Source: an uncultured delta proteobacterium
GTDB taxonomy: Bacteria; Myxococcota_A; Polyangia; Polyangiales; Polyangiaceae
DNA length: 64,000 nt
Reading direction: 5' to 3'
Assembly (NCBI GenBank): GCA_963716725.1
Contig: CAVQUB010000027.1
Span: 64,001 to 128,000, forward strand
Of this stretch, positions 34,597 to 46,642 are shown piece after piece (within the stretch, counting starts at the first letter, position 1; every line of letters starts with the position of its first letter). The notes beneath the pieces are model-generated. The model was not told where the DNA came from and did no database searches. It saw only the letters and a program-made list of their open reading frames with translations. Made by a program: the position numbers and the translations under genes.

Positions 34597-36811
34597 ATGC
34601 GGACATCAATCTGTACGCTCGCGGTCATGCTGACTGCGGTGGGTTGCAGCTCGGCAGGCAGCGGCAACGCAGGTTTTGGCGGGGAAGCTGGCGCGACCAG
34701 CGGCGGCGCGGGCGGCGGCGGGTCAACCAGCGGCGGCGCAGGCGGCGGCGGGTCAACCAGCGGCGGCGCGGGCGGCGGCGGCAACAGCGGCGGCCTCGGC
34801 GGCGCGGCGGGTGGCGGCGGAATGGCGGGGTCAGGCGCGACCGGCGGCAGCGGCGCGACCGGCGGCAGCGGCGCGACCGGCGGCAGCGGCGCGACCGGCG
34901 GCAGCGGCGCGACCGGCGGCAGCGGCGCAACCGGCGGCACCGGTGGAGGCGGTCCGAGCTGCGTCGGACATTGCGGAAGCACTACCGCGGTCCCGGGGTC
35001 CAACCCCGCCTGCTACTGCGACGCCGGCTGCGTGGGTTACAACGACTGCTGCGGTGACTACGGCGCCGTGTGCGGCGGCGGGACCGGCGGGACCGGGGGA
35101 ACCGGCGGCGGCGGAACCGGCGGGGGCGGAACCGGCGGTGGCGGAACCGGCGGCGGCGGCGGCACGAGCACGCAGCTCGATTTGCGAGCCGACGTGAACC
35201 GCGACGGCGCTGTGGACACTGCGGGCACCAGCGACGAGACCGGCGAGGACAGCTGGACCGCGTCTCGCGGCGCGGTGTTCCTCCCGAACATCGACGACGA
35301 CAACGGGGACTGCCCGAAGAGCGGCACCGACGCCCAGCTCGCGGCCTGCAACGACGCGACGAACTCGGTCATCGACGGCGCCGACGACTTGGCGGAATCT
35401 GGCCCGCCTGCGCACCGTGCCTTGGCCGACCGCGCCCAGCAACGCCGCGGCTAGCATCAGCGTGAGCCAGCCGAGCCGAGTGAGGCTCTTCAAGAACGTC
35501 GGTGGCAACTTCACCGCCATCGCCAGCGGTGCCTCCCTGACCTCCGCGGAGCTCAAAGCCGGCGTCGAGTTCGGCATCGAGGGCCTCGACATCCGTCGTG
35601 ACGCCTCCTGGGACGGCTACCTGAACGTCACGCTCAGCATGACCGCCGGCGGCAGCGGCAGCGACGTGGTGCGCATGCGCATGTCGCCCGTGATGCTGAA
35701 TCACCACGTGCAAGACGCGTCGAACGTCTACGTGACCGCATTCAGCTCGGCCGGGTCCCAAGCCATGCGCGCCGATCTATCGGCGGCGTGCTCGAGCGCG
35801 GGCACGCCCTACACCGAGTTGACGGGGCTGAGCGATCAGTGGACGCAAGACTACTTCGAGACCGGATACATGAGCATGCCGGCGACCGGTGGCCAGCAGA
35901 AGGTCATCCGCGTCTACTTCCGCTCGGCGAACTACACGACCAGCGGGCTGCGCGCCGCAGGCAAGGTCGTCTACACCTATTTCCACGGCAAAGACCGCGC
36001 GGGCGTGACCCACTACGATCCGAACCACTCGAACAGCGCCGACACGCTCAACTCATTCGGCAACACCGAGACGATCCCGCCCCACGGCAGCTATCCCCTC
36101 GGTCGCATCCTGCGCGGCAGCGTCTCGAACTTCTACCCCGATCAGATGTTCGAATCGATGCTCACGGCTCAGGGCATGCAATCGCAGGTCTTCATCGACA
36201 CCTCTTGGCTCTCGGTGGGGCACGTCGACGAGACCCTGTCTTTCGTCAAGGCGTCGAGCCCGCGGGGCTGGGTGATGCTGGCCAACGACGCTGCGCTCGC
36301 CAAGACCATGTTGCAGACCGCTCAGTCTCAGGGCTACGGCAGCACGCAGATGTTCATCGGCAAGACCTGGAACGGCGGCAGCTCGGCTCAGGTCTCGATC
36401 AACTCGGTGCTCGCCGACTCGAACGTGATGGGTGCTTCCAACGAAGCCGTGGCCGAGGTCAACTCGCAGATCGCGGTCGTCAAGTCCGCGACGGGGCTCA
36501 CCGACGCCGAAATCATCAAGGTCCCCTTCCTGCACTGGAAGGCGAGCAGCTACTCCGTCGCGTTCCAGCCCGGGACCGTCAACCTCACCTATGTGGGTCC
36601 GAAGACCGTCGCAGCCGCCAAGCCCCACGGGCCCAAGATCAACGGCGTCGACATCTTCGAAGACCAAATGATCAAGGCGCTGCAGCCCTACGGCATCAGC
36701 GTGAAGTTCGTCGAGGACTGGGACCTCTATCACCGCCTCTCCGGAGAGGTGCATTGCGGAAGTAACGCGGATCGTGCGGTCACCACGAAGTGGTGGGAGA
36801 GTGGCAAATGA
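34597..36811 (+). CDS. Lipoprotein protein-arginine deiminase (PAD) with Gly-rich linkers and somatomedin-B-like domain; apparent +1 frameshift at ~35397
   Basis: AVGC lipobox; CVGHC...CYCDAGCVGYNDCCGDYGAVC; DLRADVNRDG; GAVFLPNIDDD; DQWTQD, SFGNTE, GHVDE, GEVHCGSN. Deleting one A gives DDLADLARLRT. Confidence 0.88.
34834..34941 (+). repeat. 18-bp coding tandem repeat (GATGGS) x6
   Basis: ggcgcgaccggcggcagc five times plus a variant sixth copy. Confidence 0.9.
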
Positions 36812-37740
36812 AGACCTCGAAGCTCTGGATCGGCCTCGCTGCGGGGCTCGTCATGGTCTCGCTGGCGGGCGGCGCTCGGGCGGACGGCATCGGCGTTCAA
36901 GCGCGCCACTTCAAGGGCAAAGCCCGCACGGCCCTCCAAGCACAGGTGGGCAAGGCGCGGCAGCAGAACCCGGTCGTGTTCGCCAAGGTCGCCGAGGCCC
37001 CCAAGCTCGCCATTGAAGCGGAGCAGCAGCGGCGCGGCCGCGTCGCAAGCATCACGCTGCCACTGCAAGCTCTGGGCAAGGACGCGCTCTTCCCGATGCT
37101 CGAGATGCTGGCGCTCGACGGGCCGGCTCGCGGCAAAATGAACGACGGCGCCTGGACCACCCTCCGGGTCGGCCTGATCGAGGCCGTGGGCCTGATCCGC
37201 GACGCCCGCGCGACGCCCGCGCTCGGCACCATCCTCGAGCGCGAGAGCGATTTCGAGGTGACACGCGCGGCGGCCGAAGCCCTCGGCCGCATCGGGGACG
37301 ACGCCTCGGCGAAGAAGCTCGCTCGCCTGGCCCTCGGCGCCGGCCCCAAGCGTCTGGCTGTGATGTCGGCCCTCGGAGAGTGTCGGCGCACGGTCGCTGC
37401 CAACGCGCTCTCCAAGCTCGCAAAGACCGCCGACGAAGCCCAGCTCCTGATCGTGACCAAGAACCTGGGAACGGTCGGCAACTCGTGGGCCTGGCAGACC
37501 GCTGACATTTCGAAGTCTGGCGAGGGTGCCCAGGTGCGCAGCATCGCCGCGCGAGCGCTGCTGGAGGTCTTCGTAAAGCACCAAGGCCTCGTGCGGAGCA
37601 AGGCCGAGCGCGCGCTCTTGGTCGTCGACGATCCTTCGACGCCAGCGCTGATCGCGGCCGCAAAGCAGGGTGCGAATGCAGACGGCGCCCGTGCGCTCGA
37701 CTCGCTGTCGGCCCAGATCGCGAAGAACCCCGCCCGCTGA
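36808..37740 (+). CDS. Secreted HEAT-repeat-like helical protein
   Basis: Signal peptide ending ARA; RAAAEALGRIG and MSALGEC HEAT-like motifs; ATGA overlap with PAD. Confidence 0.7.
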   Translation: MKTSKLWIGLAAGLVMVSLAGGARADGIGVQARHFKGKARTALQAQVGKARQQNPVVFAKVAEAPKLAIEAEQQRRGRVASITLPLQALGKDALFPMLEMLALDGPARGKMNDGAWTTLRVGLIEAVGLIRDARATPALGTILERESDFEVTRAAAEALGRIGDDASAKKLARLALGAGPKRLAVMSALGECRRTVAANALSKLAKTADEAQLLIVTKNLGTVGNSWAWQTADISKSGEGAQVRSIAARALLEVFVKHQGLVRSKAERALLVVDDPSTPALIAAAKQGANADGARALDSLSAQIAKNPAR

Positions 37741-38460
37741 TCAGCTGCGCCGGGCCAGGCGAAAGAGGCGCTTTCCGCTTCGTTCGTCGGGCCCCGCGAC
37801 TCGCAGCATGTCGAGTCGGATCTCGCGGATGCGTCCTGGACCGTTGACGTCGCGGATCTTGAGGCGCTCGTCGTCCCCCATCAGCACTTCGCACAAACCG
37901 AAGGCAAAATGCTCGACCAGATCTCCGGGTTCCGGGACGAGCGGCTCGTGCTCGGCCTCCGCCGCGCGCCGCAGCACGGCGCTTGCGAGCGCCGCTTTGG
38001 CCCAGTCCCCGGGCACCGGAGTCGCCGGCCCGTTGTTGGGCGATGAGGCCGAAGGACTCGCCTTGGGAGTGGATGCGACGGGCGCGGGTGCGGCCTTGGC
38101 CTCGGGTGCCGGTACGAAGGGCTCGACCAAGGCCCGCGAGTGGGAGCAGGGCTGGATGAAGAGCGTGACGCCGTCGGAGGTGGCGCGCACCAGCTCGCCC
38201 GCCCACACCTCCGCGCCCGAGTCCGAGGCGCGCGCGAGGGTCACACCGTAGGGCCCACCGCTGGCGCCTGCCAGATGAACGAGCGAGAAACGACCGCGCG
38301 GAGCGCGCACGGGATTGGCCCCCTCACCCGCGAGTCGTATCTCCACGCCCTCGACAGCGCCCGTGGCCTGCACCCACCCCTCGATGCCGCTCGAAGCTTC
38401 GGCGATCTCGCTCATCAAATCTCGACCGCGACCGACCGACACCAGGCGAGGCAACGTCAT
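37741..38460 (-). CDS. PPC/DUF296-like domain protein with small C-terminal beta domain
   Basis: GWVQATGAVEGVEIR...FSLVHLAG...AGELV; Pro/Ala linker; GDLVEHFAFGLCEVL. Confidence 0.6.
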   Translation of the reverse strand: MTLPRLVSVGRGRDLMSEIAEASSGIEGWVQATGAVEGVEIRLAGEGANPVRAPRGRFSLVHLAGASGGPYGVTLARASDSGAEVWAGELVRATSDGVTLFIQPCSHSRALVEPFVPAPEAKAAPAPVASTPKASPSASSPNNGPATPVPGDWAKAALASAVLRRAAEAEHEPLVPEPGDLVEHFAFGLCEVLMGDDERLKIRDVNGPGRIREIRLDMLRVAGPDERSGKRLFRLARRS

Positions 38461-38504
38461 TCACCGGACTCATCCCGCCGAGGCTCCGCGGCGTCAAGTG
38501 AGGT

Positions 38505-39350
38505 TCAGAGATTGCTCTGTAGCGCCCGCCCGACGGCGCCGACGTAGCTCGCGCCAAACAGGTTCACGTGAACCAGAAGCGGGTACAGCTGGTAGAGGTC
38601 GACGCGACGCTCGTGGCCCGGCGCGAGCGGGCAGGCCTCCTGGTAAGCCGCGAAGACCCGGGGTCCGAACCCGCCAAAGAGCTTCATCATCGCCAGGTCC
38701 ATCTCGCGATGTCCGCCGTATACGGCCGGATCCACCAGGCACGGCTCGCCGTCTGCGGTGGCGTGGAGGTTTCCTCCCCACATGTCACCGTGAAGCCGCG
38801 CTGCGGGCTCCACCGGACCGACGAGCTCGGGCAGACGGAGGTACAGACGCTCGAAGGCCAGAACCAGCGACTTGCCGAGGAGGCCCCGCGCGCGCTCCAC
38901 CATGGGAGCGAGGCGGCGGGCCCGATAAAATGTCGGCCAGTCGAGCACGGACTGGTTGTCCTGCGGCAGGTGCCCGATGAAGTTGTCTTGGACGTGGCCG
39001 AATCCGGGCGCGCCGCTCGCGTGCAGCGCGGCGAGCTTCCTGCCGAGGTCTTCGTCGAAGCGCGGAGTTCGCGGGCCCGCGTCGACCCACTCGAGCACCA
39101 GGTAACCTTCACCGACGGCGATGACGCCCGGCACAGCGACGACGCGCGGCTCGGCGAGCCAGGCGAGCCCACCGGCCTCTGCCGCAAACATGCCCGGAGG
39201 CGCAGCAGCGTTGTATTTGACGAAGGCGCGCCGGCGGTCCGCAAGTTCGACCGAGAACGCTTCGTTGATGTCTCCGCCGGAGACGCTCGAGGCACGCTCG
39301 ACTCGGCTGCCGAGCACGCGGCCGATTTCGTCGCGCAGCGAGCTCTTCAT
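38505..39350 (-). CDS. Fructosamine (ketosamine) kinase family protein
   Basis: VSGGDINEA, FVKYN, FAAEAGGL, DNFIG, LHGDMWGGN, DPAVYGGHREMDLAM. Confidence 0.93.
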   Translation of the reverse strand: MKSSLRDEIGRVLGSRVERASSVSGGDINEAFSVELADRRRAFVKYNAAAPPGMFAAEAGGLAWLAEPRVVAVPGVIAVGEGYLVLEWVDAGPRTPRFDEDLGRKLAALHASGAPGFGHVQDNFIGHLPQDNQSVLDWPTFYRARRLAPMVERARGLLGKSLVLAFERLYLRLPELVGPVEPAARLHGDMWGGNLHATADGEPCLVDPAVYGGHREMDLAMMKLFGGFGPRVFAAYQEACPLAPGHERRVDLYQLYPLLVHVNLFGASYVGAVGRALQSNL

Positions 39351-39832
39351 CCCGGCTCGCGCCGCTCGCGAATGTGGGCGAGCAGCCCGCGACAGGCGGC
39401 GTCGCACAGATCGAGCACCTCGTCGAAGCCCTCGGGCCCGCCGTAGTAGGGATCTGGCACGCTGGCGTGCTCGGGTGACGCCGGATCGAAGTGCCTGAGC
39501 AGGTACAGCTTCTCGTGGTGCCGCGCCGGGGCGCTCCGCTTCAGTTCGTCAAAGTTGTCCCGGTCCATCGCCACCACGTAGTCGAAGCGCTCCCAATCCG
39601 GAGCACGGAATTGACGAGCGGCGCCGCCGACGCGGATCCCGCGGGCGCGTGCCGCCGCCGTCGCACGCCGATCCGGTGGCTCTCCGCTGTGGTAGGCGGC
39701 GGTCCCCGCGCTGTCCGCTTCGATCCGATCCACGAGACCCTCCAGCTCGACCAAGTGCCGGAAGACGCCCTCCGCCGTCGGAGAGCGGCAGATGTTGCCG
39801 AGACATACGAAGCAAACGCGCACGTTGGGCAT
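39347..39832 (-). CDS. Low-molecular-weight protein-tyrosine phosphatase
   Basis: VCLGNICRSPTAE P-loop, DSAGT, VPDPYYG; ATGA overlap with the kinase. Confidence 0.95.
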   Translation of the reverse strand: MPNVRVCFVCLGNICRSPTAEGVFRHLVELEGLVDRIEADSAGTAAYHSGEPPDRRATAAARARGIRVGGAARQFRAPDWERFDYVVAMDRDNFDELKRSAPARHHEKLYLLRHFDPASPEHASVPDPYYGGPEGFDEVLDLCDAACRGLLAHIRERREPG

Positions 39833-39900
39833 GCTGCGGCGCGCAGTATGGCGAAGGGCCACACGAGACGCTAGGCTCCGCCGCGCCTGACGGAGACCCC

Positions 39901-40416
39901 ATGATGCGAAGCCTGCTTCCGACTGTCGTCCTCGCCTCGCTCGCCCTCGCGGCGGGCGGCTGCGGCAAGATCCAAGAGAAGATGGCGGAGAAGGCCGCCG
40001 AGAAGGCCACCGGAGGCGAGGTCGACATCGACTCGAAGACCGGCCGGGTCAAGCTGAAGCAGAAGGGCCCCGACGGCAAGGAGTCCGAGGTCCAGCTCGG
40101 CGAAGGCAGCACCGTGCCCGGTGACTTTCCCAAGGCGGTCCCGATCTACCCGGGCGCCAAGGTGATGAGCGCGGTGACCGTCTCGCAGGGCGAGAGCCAC
40201 GTGGTCACGCTGAGCACCAAGGACAGCACACAGCAGGTGCTCGACTACTACAAGAAGAACCTGGCTGGCTTCAAGACGGAAGGCGAGCTCGCTGCCGGCG
40301 ATACGACCATCCTGACCATGTCGACCGCTCAGCTCACCGTGAGCGTGACGGCGACCAAGAGCTCTGACGATGGCAGCACTCTGATCAACCTCACCGCGAG
40401 CGCGAAGAAATCGTGA
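39901..40416 (+). CDS. Hypothetical lipoprotein
   Basis: LAAGGC lipobox; PGDFPKAVPIYPGAKV and DYYK motifs. Confidence 0.8.
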   Translation: MMRSLLPTVVLASLALAAGGCGKIQEKMAEKAAEKATGGEVDIDSKTGRVKLKQKGPDGKESEVQLGEGSTVPGDFPKAVPIYPGAKVMSAVTVSQGESHVVTLSTKDSTQQVLDYYKKNLAGFKTEGELAAGDTTILTMSTAQLTVSVTATKSSDDGSTLINLTASAKKS

Positions 40417-40832
40417 AGGCTCGCCTGGGGGGAGCAGCGCTGGTCGTCGCGGCGCTGCTCGCGTGCAAGTCGCAGTCCTCGGTCACCGGGAGCGTCTCGT
40501 TCAATGCGGCGCCCTTCGAGACGAAGGACTGCCAGGTGTCCGAATCGACCTCGACCTTCAGCGGTTCTTCGGTGACGACGCACACCGTCACGCTCGTCGA
40601 TGCGTCCAAGCGCCGGCTCTCATTCAGTGACTCCGGCGGCATGCGCGTGTCCTATTCGAGCGGCAGCGCCTTCGACACCATCGGAGAGGGCTGCGGCAAG
40701 CTGAGCTTTGTCGGCAGCGTCAAAGGCGGCAACGCCAGCGGCCACGTCGAAGCGGACTGCACCGGCAGCGGTCACGTCGTGCGAGCGAACTTCGACTTCG
40801 CAAGCTGCGGAAAATACGGCTTGGGGCCCTGA
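40413..40832 (+). CDS. Hypothetical lipoprotein
   Basis: GTGA overlap with the previous gene; LLAC lipobox; paired Cys. Confidence 0.75.
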   Translation: MKARLGGAALVVAALLACKSQSSVTGSVSFNAAPFETKDCQVSESTSTFSGSSVTTHTVTLVDASKRRLSFSDSGGMRVSYSSGSAFDTIGEGCGKLSFVGSVKGGNASGHVEADCTGSGHVVRANFDFASCGKYGLGP

Positions 40833-40930
40833 CGGGCCCGCCCCCGCTCAATCACAGGACCAGCCGACGTATTCATTGGTTCCTTCGCCGGAAGTCCCCT
40901 CGGTGCAACCCGCGGCGTGGAACTGCTTGA

Positions 40931-43218
<2,288 letters not shown>

Positions 43219-43277
43219 AGGCCCGACCGCGAGCGAACGGTGCTAGCTTCCGGCCCACCATGGCAAATCTGACAGTG

Positions 43278-43418
43278 GTCGAGCGGCAGCTCCGGCAGCA
43301 CCGCGAGCTCGGCGCCGAAGCTCCTCGCCTCGGCGAGCAGCGCTCCCAGGCGCTCGTCGCCGCCCTCGCCGTGGAACACCTCGGTGATCAGCGCGATCGA
43401 CAGGATGTCTGCAGGCAT
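43278..43418 (-). pseudogene. Truncated carbon-nitrogen hydrolase (nitrilase family) N-terminus
   Basis: MPADILSIALITEVF...ARSFGAELAVLPELPLD has the PE motif, then similarity stops abruptly. Confidence 0.6.
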
Positions 43419-43514
43419 GCCCGCACGCTACCGCGACTGCCGGGCACAGGCAAGGAGGTCGCAGGCTCGGCTGCTTCTTTGATCGTCTCGCACTGGCTTG
43501 GAGACTCACCTCCC

Positions 43515-43601
43515 GTCCCCTCCCCCGCGCCGGCCTAAGGCCGGTCGGGGGGAGGGACCCCTCAAAGGAGCGGGCTCGACCGGCGAACGTCGGTCGAGCC
43601 C
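43515..43601. repeat. Two adjacent GC-rich inverted repeats (REP-like/hairpins)
   Basis: gtcccctcccccg..ccggcct-a-aggccgg..cggggggagggac (43515-43558) and gggctcgaccg-N8-cggtcgagccc (43572-43601). Confidence 0.6.
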
Positions 43602-43707
43602 TGTACCATTGGCTCTGCGGAGAGGATCAGGTTTGTAGAGGTGTTTCTTGTTCTTCCCTCTTCTTCCTTCCTGCTCGCGCCTCGTGCCTCTTGCCTGTCG
43701 CCTGCTC

Positions 43708-44833
43708 CTACAGCTTTGCCGCCACAGCCTTCGCCATGTCGATCGTCGAGGCGGGGCCGCCCATGTCGTAGGTGCGCGACCCTGCCCGTCGGCGATGACG
43801 GCGGCCACGGCCTTCTCCACGCCGCCGCCCAGTCGCCTTCTCGCCGAGCCAGTCGAGCATCATCTTGGCGGCGAGGATCGTGGCGATCGGGTTGACCTTG
43901 TACTGGCCGGCGTACTTGGGCGCCGAGCCGTGGGTCGGCTCGAACACCGCCAGCTTCTCGCCGATGTTGCCGGAGCAGCCGAAGCCGAGCCCGCCGACCA
44001 TCTGCGCGCAGAGGTCGGAGATGATGTCGCCGAACAGGTTGGTGGCGACCAGGACACCGTAGTTCTCGGGTTCTTCAGCAGCCACATGCAGATGGCGTCG
44101 ACGTTGGCGTCGTCCCAGGCGATCCGGGGAAGTCCTTCGCGACCTGCTTGCCGGTCTCGAGGAACAGACCCTCGGTGGCGCGCACGACGTTGGCCTTGTG
44201 GATGACCGTCACCTTCGGGTAGCCGTGCTGCTTGCGCGTACTCGAAGGCGGCCCGGATGATCCGCTCGCACCCCTTGCGGGTGTTGACCTTGCAGGTGAT
44301 GGCGAGTCGTCCAGCGGGACGCCGGCGAACGGCGCGAACGGCTTCGAGAGCTTGCCGAGCGTGTCGCGCAGCTCGTCGGGCACCGGGTGGAACTCGACGC
44401 CCGGAGTAGAGGTCCTCGGTGTTCTCGCGGAACACCACGAGGTCGATCCCCTCCTTGTAGTTGAGCGGGTTGCCCGGGTACGCCTTGCACGGCCGCAGGC
44501 AGATGTAGAGGTCGAACATGCTGGCGCATGCGGACGATCGGCGAGCGGTAGATCGAGTCCGGTCCGGTTGCAGCTCGGGGATGAGCTCGTCCTCGGCCTC
44601 CTTCACCGGCTTCGAGGTGATGGCGCCGAACATGGCGGCGTCGACGTTGCCCAGCAGGTCGACGGTGCGCGCCGGGCAGGGCGTCGCCCTCGCGGCACCA
44701 GAACTCCCAGCCGATGTCCCCGTGGATGTACGTCGCGTCGAAGCGCAACGCGTCGAGCACGAGGCGCGTCGCCTCCATGACAGTCGTTGCCGATACCGTC
44801 TCCCGGCATCCAGGCGATCCGGTAGTTGGCCAT
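43708..44833 (-). CDS. Isocitrate/isopropylmalate dehydrogenase family protein (multiple frameshifts)
   Basis: [69 protein letters not shown] read across frames; GAGGAGG RBS. Confidence 0.88.
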
Positions 44834-44913
44834 TGCGTCGATCCTCCTCCGCGGTACCGCCCGGCAGTCCGGCGTGCGGTCCTTCTGGTCAGACGTCTTT
44901 CGAACAAGAGAGC

Positions 44914-45724
44914 TCACTGCCTCCGCTTCGCCTCGACCCCGGACAGCGACCGCGGCGCCGCGCCGTCGTACTCGGCGGCAGACTGGTCGATGCGGCGCAT
45001 CGGCCGCTCGCGCGCCAGCTCCTCGGCGACGTGGGCCATCCAGCCCGGCGGTGCGGGCCAGGATGAAGAATCCGTTGGCCAGCTCGGGCGAGAAGCCGAG
45101 GTCGGCGAGCACCGCGGCGATGGCGCCGTCCACGTTCAGGGGCAGCTTCTTGCCGCCCTTCGCCAGCGCTGCGACGATCGGCCTCGGCGAGCGTCGACGT
45201 GCGGCGCCGGCGACGCCGGCCTCGCGGGCCGAGCGCGAGCAGCCGCCCGCAGCGCGGGTCGTCGGTGTGGACGCGGTGCCCGAACCCGGGCAGGCGGCGG
45301 TCGGCGGCCTTCTCCTCGGCCGATCAGAGCCGCCGCGACGGCGCCGCGTCGACTCGACCCGACGGCGACCCGCTCGGCACCGCGCGCAAGCAGCTTCATG
45401 CAGTTCTCCACCGCGCCGCCGTGGTGGCGGTTGACCGCCAGCGCGCCCGCGGCCAAGCAGGCGTTGAGCGGCGCACCGGTCGGCGGCGGCGTTGCGCACC
45501 GCCAGCGTCGACGGCGGCGTCACGCCGTGGTCGATCGACGCGACCAGCATCGCCTCCATCACCGCCCCGACCGCCTGCGCCCGGCAGCTCGCCGCGCAGC
45601 GATCAAGTACACCGCCTCGCCGTAGGAGACGCGACCCATCAGCTCGTCGATGCGGTAGCCGCGCACCCGGATCTCGTTGGGGGCGATCGAGGTCACCGCC
45701 GTCTTCCAGGCGCGTCTCGCTCAT
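44914..45724 (-). CDS. Citryl-CoA lyase-like protein (short citrate-synthase family; frameshifted)
   Basis: IRVRGYRIDELMG, SIDHGVTPPST, HHGGA, PGFGHR, LPLNVDGAIAAVLADLG, FILARTAG; only ~270 codons. Confidence 0.8.
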
Positions 45725-46638
45725 GCGCGTGACTCCCGAGCCGCAGCACCGCGCCGCGGCAGCTCGTCGAAGCGCTCGTCCACCACGGTCGCGCCGGCTG
45801 CGCGCAGCGCCGCGACCTTGCCCTCGTGGGTGCCGCGAGCGCCTTCGACGATGGCGCCGGCGTGGGAGAAGCGCACCCCCGAGGTCGCGGCCCGGCCGCC
45901 GATGTAGGCCACGACCGGCTTGCGTGACCTCGCCCGAGCGCGATCAAGTCGGCGACGCGCTCCTCCTGGGAGCCGCCGATCTCGCCGAACATGGCGATGC
46001 ACGACGGTCTCGGGGTCGTCCTCGAAGCGGGCGCACCACGTCCGGCAGCGGCAGGCCGACGACCGACGTCGCCGCCGACGTGCACCAGGGTCGACGAGGC
46101 CGACGCCGGCGCGCGACAGGTAGTAGCCGGTGGACGAGGTCATGCCGCCGGAGCGCGACGCGACACCGACGGTGCCCCGCTTGAACCACGCCCGCGCGGA
46201 GGTCGGCGCGACCGCCGATCATCCCGAGCACGCCGCTTGCCGACCGACAGCACGCCGAGCGTGTTCGGTCCGAGGAAGTCGACGCCGCGCCAACTCGGCC
46301 GCGCGCGCCACCTCCAGCACGTCCCAGACCGGCACGCGGTCGCCCACCAGCACCACCAGCGGGATGCCGGCGCGATCGCCTCGAGCGCCGCGTCCTTGAC
46401 CAGCGGCGCCGGCACGAAGATGACGCGAGGCGTCGAAGCCGCCCTGGGCTTCTCGACCGCCTCCGCACGGTGTCGTAGACGGGGATGCCGTCGACCTCCT
46501 CGCCGCCGCGCCCCGGCGTGCAGCCGGCCACGACCTCGGTGCCGTAGCTCGCGCATCAGCCGCGCTCGCGCCCGGCCTTCGCGACCGGTGATGCCCTGGA
46601 CCAGGACCCGAGTGCGTCTCGTCGACCAGGATCGCCAC
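45721..46638 (-). CDS. Succinyl-CoA-ligase alpha-like (CoA-binding) subunit; candidate citryl-CoA synthetase small subunit (frameshifted)
   Basis: VLVQGITGREG, IFVPAPLVKDAALEA, GPNTLG, SRSGG, GEIGG, RFSHAGA (phospho-His); ATGA overlap with the lyase. Confidence 0.85.
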
Positions 46639-46642
46639 GGCT

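Noticed and set aside
43260..43283. upp gene
   Set aside because: Only eight codons resemble a UPRT N-terminus, too little to call as a feature. Used only as a hint for the junction.
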